Source of the DNA: Oscillospiraceae bacterium
GTDB taxonomy: Bacteria; Bacillota; Clostridia; Oscillospirales; CAG-272
DNA: 64,000 nucleotides
Direction: 5' to 3'
NCBI GenBank assembly: GCA_015064855.1
Contig: SVRK01000004.1
Location: 129,445 to 193,444 of the forward strand
The notes beneath the pieces were generated by a model. That model saw only the letters and a program-made list of their open reading frames with translations. It did not search any database and was not told the origin of the DNA. Made by a program: the position numbers and the translations under genes. This document shows, in pieces, positions 22,495 to 31,911 of this stretch; the first letter of the stretch is position 1; every line of letters begins with the position of its first letter.

Positions 22495-22521
22495 AAAAGA
22501 GGTCTTATGGACCTCTTTTCT
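22495..22521. terminator. Bidirectional terminator between pgsA and the 624-aa lipoprotein gene
   Basis: AAAAGAGGTC, loop TTAT, GGACCTCTTTT. An A run lies on one side and a T run on the other. Confidence 0.8.
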
Positions 22522-22552
22522 TTATGTGGTTTTCGGGTTTTCACCTACTATA

Positions 22553-24427
22553 TCATTCTATAACGTATGCGGATAGCTCACTCCACAAATCCTGTCCGTT
22601 TGATGGGTTATCCATACGAATTTCGATTTTTGTAATTTCGCCATTTACCTCAAACGCGCAGGTTGAGCCAAATGAGCCGATGCCGAGATTTTTTGTTGCT
22701 CCGTTGGAATAGGTTACTGTTACTGAATATACGGCACTGCCTTGACCGGTTACAGAAAAGATGTCTATATACGTTGATTTCTTTGCGGTAAGGGTTACTG
22801 TAACGGCGCCTGTGCCTTTTCCTGTGATTTCACCGTCATTATAGTTTCCATTTAAAAGTGATGCACTTTTATCAGCACCCCAGCAATCACCATCGACAAC
22901 CGGTGTTAGGAAGGTGGAGTATGCAATATTTTTAAGTGGCTGTATCTCTGATTCCTGACAGCGAGTGCACTTGCGAGCTCTTGTCACGGATGAGCCGTCA
23001 ACTGTTGTTTGCCAAGCACCGAGATTGTGACCCAAGGCTTCCTCAAGCACGTTGAATTCTTGATGTCCGCAAGAGTTACAGATTCTTTGTGTTTGAGTTG
23101 GGGTAGTGCAGGAAACGGTTGTATATTCTTGCCAAACGCCCCATTGGTGATTTTCCGTTCCGTCAAGACAAAGGAAAATCTTTTCCCATTTGGGGTAAAG
23201 AGCTAGGTTACCTTTAATTTGTGAGGATAGAGAATATTGTGTGTCGTTGATATCGAACCAGCCTGTAAATCTGTAGCTGTATCTGGATGCAACAGGCATA
23301 GCGGGTAGGTAGTTAGCGAGTCTTTCGCCTTTTATGGCATCAAAGTGGTCGAAATTTACATTTATTGATTCGTTAGAAGCGAGAATGAATTCAACCGTTA
23401 CAATTTCACCGTATGGCTCCCAAAGAGCAACAAGCACTAAGCCGTCATCCGGCAAGATTGTTTTTCTGTCAGCCCTTTGTGCACTTTTTCCGTCTATATA
23501 CCAGCCAAGAAACTCGTAGCCGAATCTTGTTGGGGTTGGTAAGGTGCCGATTTGCTCACCGACAATAGCCTCGTGTGTGTCCTCTGTATCAGTAGGTAAA
23601 TCACCGCCGTTTGCATCAAAATAGATGTTGGCTTTTAAAATGATTTTTTCCCATTTTGCCGACAGAGTGTCTGATTTTGTAACTGTATATGGGAAATTTG
23701 CTTTATTTTCACCCGAGAACCAGCCGAGAAAATTATAGCCATCAAGATAGGGCGTTGGCAGAGAGGTAATAACCTCGCCAAGTGGATATGAGCTAATTAA
23801 ATTAACGTCCTCGTCTACCGTTCCACCGTTTAAATTGAGAGAAATTGTTGCGTGGGTGTCGTCCTCACTTAAAATTTGCTTCCATTTTGCAACGAAAATA
23901 GCGCTACCCTCAACGGTGTAGGGAAGGGCAACCTCGTCGCTTCCAAAATACCAGCCGAGAAATTCATAGCCATCCTTTATGGGAGTTGGTAAAAACGTGA
24001 TTTGGTCACCGGCTTCGTATGATTTGGTTGTTTCGTCGTTGTTTGCAAATGAACCGCCGTTAAGCTTTAGTGAAATTGTGTTTGTGTACGTAATTTCCTC
24101 CCATTTTGCGGTTAAATTCATGCTTTCCTTAATTACAAACGGGAAGCTTACCTCGTTTTCTCCGTCAAACCAACCAAGGAATTTATATCCGTCCTTCATA
24201 GGTGTTGGTGCGGACATAATTACCTTATTTTGGGCGTAGGATTTAGAAAGAGATGCACCCGAGGGCATTTTTCCGCCTACTGTATCGTATGTAAGGGTAA
24301 CCGACACGGGATATGAATCCTCGTCAACGTCAGCAAGGTCCTCAAACGAGGAACAAGCGTTTAACGAAAACGCAAGAATGCATATAACTAACAGTGTAAG
24401 TAGCTTTAAAAATGAGATTTTCTTCAT
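22553..24427 (-). CDS. Surface lipoprotein with Listeria-Bacteroides (InlB B-type) repeats, a Cys module and the shared C-terminal domain
   Basis: The lipobox is LNAC. About five repeats of the type NGG...LPTP.K.GY.F.GW......F...V......AKWE are present. The C-terminal ~130 aa is paralogous to the ends of the 1541-aa and 519-aa proteins. Confidence 0.85.
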   Translation of the reverse strand: MKKISFLKLLTLLVICILAFSLNACSSFEDLADVDEDSYPVSVTLTYDTVGGKMPSGASLSKSYAQNKVIMSAPTPMKDGYKFLGWFDGENEVSFPFVIKESMNLTAKWEEITYTNTISLKLNGGSFANNDETTKSYEAGDQITFLPTPIKDGYEFLGWYFGSDEVALPYTVEGSAIFVAKWKQILSEDDTHATISLNLNGGTVDEDVNLISSYPLGEVITSLPTPYLDGYNFLGWFSGENKANFPYTVTKSDTLSAKWEKIILKANIYFDANGGDLPTDTEDTHEAIVGEQIGTLPTPTRFGYEFLGWYIDGKSAQRADRKTILPDDGLVLVALWEPYGEIVTVEFILASNESINVNFDHFDAIKGERLANYLPAMPVASRYSYRFTGWFDINDTQYSLSSQIKGNLALYPKWEKIFLCLDGTENHQWGVWQEYTTVSCTTPTQTQRICNSCGHQEFNVLEEALGHNLGAWQTTVDGSSVTRARKCTRCQESEIQPLKNIAYSTFLTPVVDGDCWGADKSASLLNGNYNDGEITGKGTGAVTVTLTAKKSTYIDIFSVTGQGSAVYSVTVTYSNGATKNLGIGSFGSTCAFEVNGEITKIEIRMDNPSNGQDLWSELSAYVIE

Positions 24428-24518
24428 AAATCCTCCGTAAAAGTCCGTGAGCTTGTGTCAACTTCATAATAAATAATTATATCACTTTTTTATATAAATG
24501 TAAATATAAAATATTATT

Positions 24519-24555
24519 AAAATAAGAAGAAGCAGATGCAAAATGCATCTGCTTC
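24519..24555 (-). terminator. Intrinsic terminator of the 1541-aa gene
   Basis: On the - strand, GAAGCAGATGCA pairs with TGCATCTGCTTC, followed by TTCTTATTTT. Confidence 0.85.
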
Positions 24556-24568
24556 TCGCATTATAGGA

Positions 24569-27500
24569 TTATTTTACAATTAGAGCTGATAATTCGCTCC
24601 ACTTGTCAGAACCGTTTGAAGGCTCCGGCATTGTTACAACAAATTTAGTAACAACATTGCCAACGTTAAATAGAGTAACAGCGGAGTCGCCCTCGCCAAA
24701 CGTACTTGTTCCAAGTAGGGCTGATGTGCCGTCCTCATAGTAAACCTCAACCATATATTCAGCTGAGCCATATCCAACTACTGCAAATACGTCAACGTAG
24801 ATTGGCATTCCAGCCTCCAATGTAACGGAGAAAGGAGCGCCCTCCTTAGGCGCGGCAGGTTCGTCCTTGTAGTCGCCATTAACAAGCGCGTTAATGTCTG
24901 TAACCCAAGCATCGCCGTCCATAGCGGGAGACTTAAAGTCATCCTTGGTTGTGTTTTCAAAGAGTGTTGTTACTTCGTTTAGACATACTGAGCATGTGCT
25001 TGTAGCTTGGATGCCTTCCTCGGTAATGGTTGCTGACGTCCACTCACCAAAGGTATGTCCGTAAGCTGCCTCTATAACCTTATATTCTGTGAGACCGCAG
25101 GCTTGACAGGTGTTAGAAACCTTTGCGTCTGTTGTGCAATCAGCATCGGAAACGTGCTCCCATTCCTCGCTAAAGGAGTGACCAAGAGCCTCTGCTACTA
25201 CGTCGTTTCTTGTGTAATTGCACTTCTTGCAGGTGCCGTCCTTTAAGCCGTCCTCGGTACAAGTAGGCTCGTCTGTATATGTCCACTCAAATTCGTGGTG
25301 GATTGTACCGTCTGTGCAGAGAATTGCAGGAGTGATAACAATATCACCTGCGTCAGGAACAGCGTTTACGTAAACCTTGCCGTTTTTAACGAAGAATTCA
25401 ATATCCTCGCCGTCCTGCTGTGCTACAATGCCAAGGTCTACCCAAGAGTCGTCGATGTCAACCTCGATTGTAAGAGGGAAGTTGAACATATAGTCGTCAA
25501 GAGTATCAGTCAAGGAGAGCACTACCTTTGAGTCAGTTCTTTCAATAACTGTAACTGTTGCGCTTAATTGCTCCTTCATATATTGAACAAGCTCTGTGTA
25601 TGAGCATACCCAAACGCCTGTTTGCTTTAGGTATTGGAACTTGGAGTTTGTTGCCGCATAGGTTGACCAAATTGTACCGCCCATACCGATTTCGTGTAGA
25701 CATTCAACAGTCATACCGCCGGCTGCAATAATCTCGTTGATACCCTTTTCGTAAGAGCCAAGAGCAGTGTGGTTAAGCTTATATTCACCGTCATTATCGT
25801 TTCTAAATACATATTCGGAGCCGTTTAGGTCGTATGAACCAACCTCAACCCACTCGTAGTAAGCATCCCAGAGCTTTCCGTCCTTGTATGTTGAAACGTA
25901 CAAGTAAGTGCCCTCGGTAATGCCCTTATCAACAAGACGATTTTCGGTTTCGTCATATACGTAGTTAGGTGTTTTACTTACCTGAACGTAATGGTAGGTT
26001 CCAGCGGGAGTCATTATAAGTGCGTATGAGCCGCCCTTTTCGTTGAATTTATAAGCACCGTTTTCATAGTCATATCCGCCTGTTGTTTCCTCGTATCTTG
26101 GCGTTTCTAGCTTGTTCCAAACAGGGTTGCCGTTTTCGTCAAGCTTTTGCTCGCCCGTTGCTTCGTCAATAACAGGCTCTTGTGTAACGAGCTTGTATCT
26201 TTGGCTAGATACACCGCCATCCTTCTTGACAAATGCGTAAGAGCCTTCTGTTTGGTCTGCCTTGGAAATATATGAGTTCATATTACCCCAAGCACGTCTT
26301 GTGGATACCCAAATAAGCTCACCGGCTTTGTTTGTAGCTTGAGTAAAGATAACCTCGCCCGTTGCTTCGTCAATTGTGATTGAATTTGCATCAACGCTTG
26401 GTGATTGACCGTAGCCGTTTGACTGTAATTCTTCAATTCTGTTGTAGAAATAGAAGGAGTTACCACCGTTACGTGCGGAAGCCATAAGACCTGTTACGTA
26501 TTCTGACGTGCCGTTTGAGGTAGCACCGTTAGGAGTTGCAAAGGTAAGAATTCTTTGACCCTTGAAGTAGTTCATAAACCAATAGTGAGCATTATGAACG
26601 TCTGAAAGAAGGGAATTCTCATTGATTTTAGTAGCGTAGTATCCGCCGTGAGTATATGAGTGAGAGCCAATATCAAGAACGCCCGACTCTAAATACTCTT
26701 GCCAGTTGGTAATATAAGAGTTACAGAAGGAGATGGAGAGCATTACCGATGCCTTCCAGCCGTACTGTTGCATCTTAGGGATTAGCCAATCGTAGGTTGC
26801 TAAATAGTTACCATCGTCAAGGGTTTGCGCCCAAGCTGCCGGTGCGTTGTTTTTATATGTTGTGATTTTTGGATCTTCAAAATCGTTTAGGTATACTGTT
26901 GTTCTTACAGCGTCGCAATCGGCCTTCATACATGAGGATTCCTTTGTGCCGGCATTTGTGCCCTCAGCTGCGGTTGCAACAACGTATTCGCCCCATAGGT
27001 GTCCGTATGCGTCAATTGCATCGGTTCTACATTCAAGACCGCATCCGTAGCAGGAAACAATGCTGTATCCGGCTGTAGTACATGTAGGAGATACCTTTTC
27101 AATTTCCTTAAATGAATTGTGTGCACATCCATAATAAGTAGAAATGCCGTCCATATTTCCTGGAGATTGGATAACCGCTTGTTCAATAGCCGTAAATGGA
27201 GTCATCTCGTAAACGTAAGCTCCCCATTTATCGGCGTGGTCGTCAATAACAAGCTTAACGCCCTTTGTGAATTTAACAATATCACAAGTGAAGAGTGCGC
27301 GCTTGCTACCGCTGTTTGCGGTTATAATTGTACCATCGGGAATTCCATCATTGTTTGAGTCACCCTCAAAGGAAACGACCTTGCCCTTGACAACCTTGTA
27401 TGTGCAAGCCTTTTCCCAAGTAATACCATCCTCGCCAAGATAGTAAACGGAGAACTGTTGGTTTACGTCGGCTCTTACAGCGAATTGAAGGGAGGTTACA

Positions 27501-29194
27501 AATAAGCTATCCGGGAAGTCAATGGTAGCGTGAATTTCACCAACTGTAGCCTTGTCCTTGTAGTTTGAATTCCAAAATGAGTCATATGAGCCGTCCATAA
27601 GTGTTTCCGTACCCGTTGCCCAGGAGTTATATTTACCTGATGAGGAAACAGTTGAGGAGCTGATAAGGTCGGACGTAACACGCTCTGTTCTTGGAACAGC
27701 TGCCATAACCTCAACCTCGTAAATTGTTGCAGGAGCGTAACGGGTTGAGTGTAAAACTGTCAAGCGTAGCTTGTCGGTGTTAATTGGAGTGTCAAGCTCG
27801 CAAATTATAGCGGCAGAGCTACCGGCAGGTACAGCATTTTTGTCGGAAAGAATTCCAACAGATTGCCAATTACCATCAATAAATGCCTCAAGCTCGTATG
27901 AAACGTAGCAGTCGTCACCCAGCTCCCAAGAGGAGTAGTGTGGAACTGACAATTTAATCATACCAACGTCAAACTTTTGAGCGAAGCTTAAAACAAGCTC
28001 GTCACCCGTAAATTGCGCACCGTCAGCCAATGTGTCAGCACACCAGAATGAGCCTGCCACTCCGTCTATTGCATTTTTTGCAAGACAAACAGAATAGTAG
28101 GAGGTTACTGAAACGCCTGCGGTTGAAGCAACGTTAACGAATGATGCGTTTGTGTATTTACCGCCTGTATATGTGTAGTTACCAATGTCGAGGTCCCAAA
28201 GGAGCTCATCCATTTCTGCGTATGAAGGAATCTTAAAGATTTGTTGCTTTTCACAAACCTCACAGATTTTTGCTTCTTGTCCACTTACGTATTGAGTTGG
28301 CTCAACGATAGTAGTATAAGAGCTGCTCCATGTATGCAAGCCTGTTGCGGGAATTTCTGAGTAGATTCTTTCTTTGTCACAGCCTTCTCTTTGACAGTAT
28401 TCGCGAGTATAGCCGTTGGTTGCACAGGTTACCGGAACAACCTCGGTTACAAGGTCGTGTCCGAGCTTTTTAATTGTTTGATAGGTTGAAAGTCCGCATT
28501 TTACGCACTTAACCCAAGCTTGACCGTTGTTTTCACAGTCTGCAGGTTTAGATTTTTCGGGAAGAGGAATTGTTTCCTCGTGGGCGCATCCGCCACCGCC
28601 GATATACCAAGCTGTCAAATTAACGTCGCCTGTAACTGTCATGGAATCAAAGTTCCATCTTGTTGTAGCGGTCGTTCCCCAGTACCAACCATTGAAGGTT
28701 TTGCCCTCGTAAACTGGCTTTGGTGGCTCGGGAATCTTTTCGCCTTGCTTTACTTGAATTGAAAGCTCACTGCTAAACGTACCACCGTTTGGATTAAAGG
28801 TAACGGTGTAGTAAACAGCGGGTCCTTCGTCGGTTTCTGTTTCTGTATCAGTTTCTGTTTCTGTATCTGCGTTAGAATTTTCTTCCCATTTTGCAACAAG
28901 CAAAACGTCCTCCTCAAAGGAAATAGGGAAGGAAATAATCTCGTCGTTTAAAGTCCAGCCAACAAACGTTGCGCCATCCTTTGTAGGAATGGGAAGCTCT
29001 TCAATTTCCTCGTTTGACATCCATGGGAATTCTTGGAAAGCGACGGTGCCACCATCGGGGTCAAGATAAACCGTGATTTCAACGGATTCTTGCGTTTGTG
29101 TGTCAGTGTCCCCACCGCCACCGCAAGAAGCGAGCACGAATATTGAGGCTAGACAGAAGATACATAAAATAAGAGCAAGTAGTTTCTTATTCAT
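24569..29194 (-). CDS. Giant mosaic surface lipoprotein: B-repeats, Cys modules, two discoidin-like domains, CE4 deacetylase-like domain, shared C-terminal domain
   Basis: The lipobox is LASC. Two B-repeats are present. AIDG..GSFW and LMDGSYDSFWNS look like F5/8-type-C motifs. The NodB-type motifs TLDDG, HSYTH and CLHE are present. Multiple C..C...GH modules occur. Confidence 0.85.
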   Translation of the reverse strand: MNKKLLALILCIFCLASIFVLASCGGGGDTDTQTQESVEITVYLDPDGGTVAFQEFPWMSNEEIEELPIPTKDGATFVGWTLNDEIISFPISFEEDVLLVAKWEENSNADTETETDTETETDEGPAVYYTVTFNPNGGTFSSELSIQVKQGEKIPEPPKPVYEGKTFNGWYWGTTATTRWNFDSMTVTGDVNLTAWYIGGGGCAHEETIPLPEKSKPADCENNGQAWVKCVKCGLSTYQTIKKLGHDLVTEVVPVTCATNGYTREYCQREGCDKERIYSEIPATGLHTWSSSYTTIVEPTQYVSGQEAKICEVCEKQQIFKIPSYAEMDELLWDLDIGNYTYTGGKYTNASFVNVASTAGVSVTSYYSVCLAKNAIDGVAGSFWCADTLADGAQFTGDELVLSFAQKFDVGMIKLSVPHYSSWELGDDCYVSYELEAFIDGNWQSVGILSDKNAVPAGSSAAIICELDTPINTDKLRLTVLHSTRYAPATIYEVEVMAAVPRTERVTSDLISSSTVSSSGKYNSWATGTETLMDGSYDSFWNSNYKDKATVGEIHATIDFPDSLFVTSLQFAVRADVNQQFSVYYLGEDGITWEKACTYKVVKGKVVSFEGDSNNDGIPDGTIITANSGSKRALFTCDIVKFTKGVKLVIDDHADKWGAYVYEMTPFTAIEQAVIQSPGNMDGISTYYGCAHNSFKEIEKVSPTCTTAGYSIVSCYGCGLECRTDAIDAYGHLWGEYVVATAAEGTNAGTKESSCMKADCDAVRTTVYLNDFEDPKITTYKNNAPAAWAQTLDDGNYLATYDWLIPKMQQYGWKASVMLSISFCNSYITNWQEYLESGVLDIGSHSYTHGGYYATKINENSLLSDVHNAHYWFMNYFKGQRILTFATPNGATSNGTSEYVTGLMASARNGGNSFYFYNRIEELQSNGYGQSPSVDANSITIDEATGEVIFTQATNKAGELIWVSTRRAWGNMNSYISKADQTEGSYAFVKKDGGVSSQRYKLVTQEPVIDEATGEQKLDENGNPVWNKLETPRYEETTGGYDYENGAYKFNEKGGSYALIMTPAGTYHYVQVSKTPNYVYDETENRLVDKGITEGTYLYVSTYKDGKLWDAYYEWVEVGSYDLNGSEYVFRNDNDGEYKLNHTALGSYEKGINEIIAAGGMTVECLHEIGMGGTIWSTYAATNSKFQYLKQTGVWVCSYTELVQYMKEQLSATVTVIERTDSKVVLSLTDTLDDYMFNFPLTIEVDIDDSWVDLGIVAQQDGEDIEFFVKNGKVYVNAVPDAGDIVITPAILCTDGTIHHEFEWTYTDEPTCTEDGLKDGTCKKCNYTRNDVVAEALGHSFSEEWEHVSDADCTTDAKVSNTCQACGLTEYKVIEAAYGHTFGEWTSATITEEGIQATSTCSVCLNEVTTLFENTTKDDFKSPAMDGDAWVTDINALVNGDYKDEPAAPKEGAPFSVTLEAGMPIYVDVFAVVGYGSAEYMVEVYYEDGTSALLGTSTFGEGDSAVTLFNVGNVVTKFVVTMPEPSNGSDKWSELSALIVK

Positions 29195-29223
29195 ATTTTC
29201 TCCTTATATGCTAATTGTATTTT

Positions 29224-29263
29224 TGGAAAAAAGTTCCCTCGAAAACTAAATTTTCGAGGGAAC
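29224..29263 (-). terminator. Intrinsic terminator of the 519-aa gene
   Basis: On the - strand, GTTCCCTCGAAAA pairs with TTTTCGAGGGAAC, followed by TTTTTT. Confidence 0.85.
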
Positions 29264-29276
29264 AAATGGGTGTATA

Positions 29277-30836
29277 TTACTCTTCGTCTGTAGGAATTAC
29301 AAGAACTGTAAGCTCGCTCCAGAAGTCGGTTCCGTTTGACGGTGATTCCATATTGATTTCGAATTTAACAACCTCTTTACCGATATTGAATGATGAGGTT
29401 CCACCAAATGAACCCATACCAATGCCCTTGGAGGTTCCGTCTTTAAAGTAAGCAGTAACCTCATATGCGCCTGCGCCCCAGCCTGTTACGGCAAAAACGT
29501 CAACGTAAACAGCATCTTTAGCAGTCAAAGTAACTATAACCGCACTCTTTCCGTCGCCACAGAATGGGCAGTCATCGTATTTACCATTTATTAAGTTACC
29601 ACTTAAATCCATACCCCATCCGGTTCCTTCAATTTCCGGAGGATTGAATGCTTCGTATGCGATATTTGTAAGTGGAGTTGCTTCCTTTACGTCACAGTTT
29701 AAGCACTCACGGCTTCTTGCAAAGCCTGTTGGGATATCTGTTTGGTGACCCTTTTCGGTCTTTCCTGGCTCTGTTTGTGCAATTGTTTTCCTCTCGCCAA
29801 ACGCATGTCCTTTAGCTGGTTGTGTTTCGTTAAATTCTGAAGCACCGCACAAGTTACATACTCTTTGCTCTTGAGCAGGAGTTGTACAGGTAACCTGTGA
29901 ATATTCTTGCCATGCATTCCATTGGTGGTTTTCTGTACCATCGTGGCAGAGAATAATTCTTGTCCAAACAGGGGAGAGACGAGTGTTACTAGTTATTCTT
30001 GTTGTAAGTGAAACTCTCACACCGTTTTCATCCTGCCAACCAACGAACTTGTTGCCGTCCTTTGTAGCATTTGGGAGCTTATCAACGAATGAACCAACCA
30101 TTTCGCCTGCAACCATTTCAAAGTAAACTGCCGCGCCCTCCTCAAGGGTTTCGTCAGCGTTTAGGAAGAATTCAACAGTTACCATTTCACCCTTTGCTTC
30201 CCAAAGAGCGTGGATTTCCATATCGTAGTCTTCAACCTTGGTTTTTTTGTCTATTTCATATATTTCTTTTCCGTCCTCGTACCAGCCAAGGAATGTGTAG
30301 CCCGCTTTTGTTGGAGACTTAGGAAGCAGTGAATAAAGTTTTTCACCGACAACTGCTTCAAACTCTTCTGCTTCTCCGTCAGCAATCGTACCGCCGTTAA
30401 GAACGAGAGAGATTGTAACCTTTGGACGGGTGTCCTCAGTTTCTGTTTCTGTGTTTGTGTCTGATGATACGTTGGAGTTACCTGAGTCAGTGTTGTCGCC
30501 ACCGCCTACTTTTGTCCAGGTAGCTGTAAATACAACATCCTCTTCTACAATGAATGGAGTAGCAACTGCCTCACCATTGAGTGTCCAACCGGCAAATTCG
30601 TAACCCTCTTTTGTAGGAGTAGGGAGAAGGAGGAGCTTTTTACCAACGTCATATTCAACGGTGTCCTCTTTACCTGCTGGTAATGTACCGCCTTGTGTAT
30701 CATACACAACAGTAGCGGTTGATGGTCCTTCGGATTCTGTATCCGTGTCTCTTCCGCCACCGCATGCTACTAGTGAAAGAAGCATAAGCGACATAAGAAC
30801 AATACAAAGAACCTTTTTAAATGTGCTTTTTTTCAT
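29277..30836 (-). CDS. Surface lipoprotein with InlB B-type repeats, a Cys module and the shared C-terminal domain
   Basis: The lipobox is LVAC. B-repeats are present. The block ILCHDGTENHQWNAWQEY..VTCTTPAQEQRVCNLCG closely parallels the 624-aa paralog. Confidence 0.85.
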   Translation of the reverse strand: MKKSTFKKVLCIVLMSLMLLSLVACGGGRDTDTESEGPSTATVVYDTQGGTLPAGKEDTVEYDVGKKLLLLPTPTKEGYEFAGWTLNGEAVATPFIVEEDVVFTATWTKVGGGDNTDSGNSNVSSDTNTETETEDTRPKVTISLVLNGGTIADGEAEEFEAVVGEKLYSLLPKSPTKAGYTFLGWYEDGKEIYEIDKKTKVEDYDMEIHALWEAKGEMVTVEFFLNADETLEEGAAVYFEMVAGEMVGSFVDKLPNATKDGNKFVGWQDENGVRVSLTTRITSNTRLSPVWTRIILCHDGTENHQWNAWQEYSQVTCTTPAQEQRVCNLCGASEFNETQPAKGHAFGERKTIAQTEPGKTEKGHQTDIPTGFARSRECLNCDVKEATPLTNIAYEAFNPPEIEGTGWGMDLSGNLINGKYDDCPFCGDGKSAVIVTLTAKDAVYVDVFAVTGWGAGAYEVTAYFKDGTSKGIGMGSFGGTSSFNIGKEVVKFEINMESPSNGTDFWSELTVLVIPTDEE

Positions 30837-31020
30837 TTTAGTTTCTTCCTTTCAGAATATTATTAAGCAATTTTTGGATAATCTTATATAACCCGTGCGG
30901 GTTAAAATAAGATAAACAAGAGTTATCCCCTTTGCCTTATAATTATAACATTTATAAAAATCAAAGTAAATAGATAAATTGTTAATTAAGTCAAATCTAC
31001 ATTTTGCACAAAATTTGGCA

Positions 31021-31056
31021 GAAAAAAGCAAAGCGCACAAATCGAAATTTGTGCAC
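31021..31056 (-). terminator. Putative terminator after the DUF4886-like gene
   Basis: On the - strand, GTGCACAAAT pairs with ATTTGTGCGC, followed by a T-rich run. Confidence 0.65.
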
Positions 31057-31149
31057 TTTTACTATAATATTATATTAAATATATGAAGGAAAAACTTCAT
31101 TGAAGAGAATTAAAATTAATGAATTTATTTTAGTTCACAAAATTTTAAA

Positions 31150-31872
31150 TTACTTAACAAATGTAAGCTTTTTGGCAATTTCCTTTAATTTTGCGTTGAT
31201 TTTCGGGTCGGTGTCATCGGGCTCATATGTGACCTTTGTTGCGTCCTTGCCGGTGAAAAAGCCGTACATTGTAAGACCTGCTAGGTATCTGCCGTAGTCA
31301 AGAGAGAGGTGGAAGCCGTCGCGGTTCATATTTAATTCACCTTGAAATTCGGGAAGGGCACGCGCTGACTCAATTGCCTCACAGTTAGGGATTGTTCGCA
31401 GTCCGTGCACGGAAGCAAAATGAGATGACGTTTTAATGATTGCTTCGTTCATTTTTTGGCGTGAGCGGTCGTAGTAAGCAAAGCCGAAATGGTCGCTTTT
31501 GTCGTCATATGCCCAGGTTCTATGGAAAGCTATTTCAGCTCTCGGACATTTTTCACGAATGAAATTTAAAACGTTGGTAAGGAATGGCTCGTAGGTTTCG
31601 GGTAAGCCTGAAAAATGGCTAACCTGTTGAACTGTGATAAAGTCCCAATCGTCTTCAAGCAGAGCTTCGTTTATAGAGGTATTGCGCTCCGCGTCGCCAC
31701 CGTTGTCTTGGCTACCGTAAAATTTGTTAGCGCCGACGATATTGTTCCAATGGGTTTCAAGAGAGCAACCGCCGATATAGAGATTGCGAACGAAGATTTC
31801 ACCGTCGGAGATTTGATGCAGATATTTTGTTGCATCCTGTGAAAAGCTGTTTCCAATGCAAAGAATTTTCAT
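31150..31872 (-). CDS. DUF4886 / SGNH-hydrolase-like protein
   Basis: The N-terminus MKILCIGNSFSQD is GDSL-like. The protein is 240 aa with no signal peptide. Confidence 0.65.
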   Translation of the reverse strand: MKILCIGNSFSQDATKYLHQISDGEIFVRNLYIGGCSLETHWNNIVGANKFYGSQDNGGDAERNTSINEALLEDDWDFITVQQVSHFSGLPETYEPFLTNVLNFIREKCPRAEIAFHRTWAYDDKSDHFGFAYYDRSRQKMNEAIIKTSSHFASVHGLRTIPNCEAIESARALPEFQGELNMNRDGFHLSLDYGRYLAGLTMYGFFTGKDATKVTYEPDDTDPKINAKLKEIAKKLTFVK

Positions 31873-31911
31873 AATTTTGACCTTTCTATTATGTGTTATT
31901 AATAAGCAAAT

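Noticed and set aside
30837-31149. Possible small gene or element between the 519-aa lipoprotein gene and the DUF4886-like gene (ORFs 30852..31040 -, 31100..31297 +)
   Set aside because: It is an AT-rich promoter/terminator region. The ORFs lack an RBS and overlap a terminator hairpin and the 3' end of the neighbouring gene.
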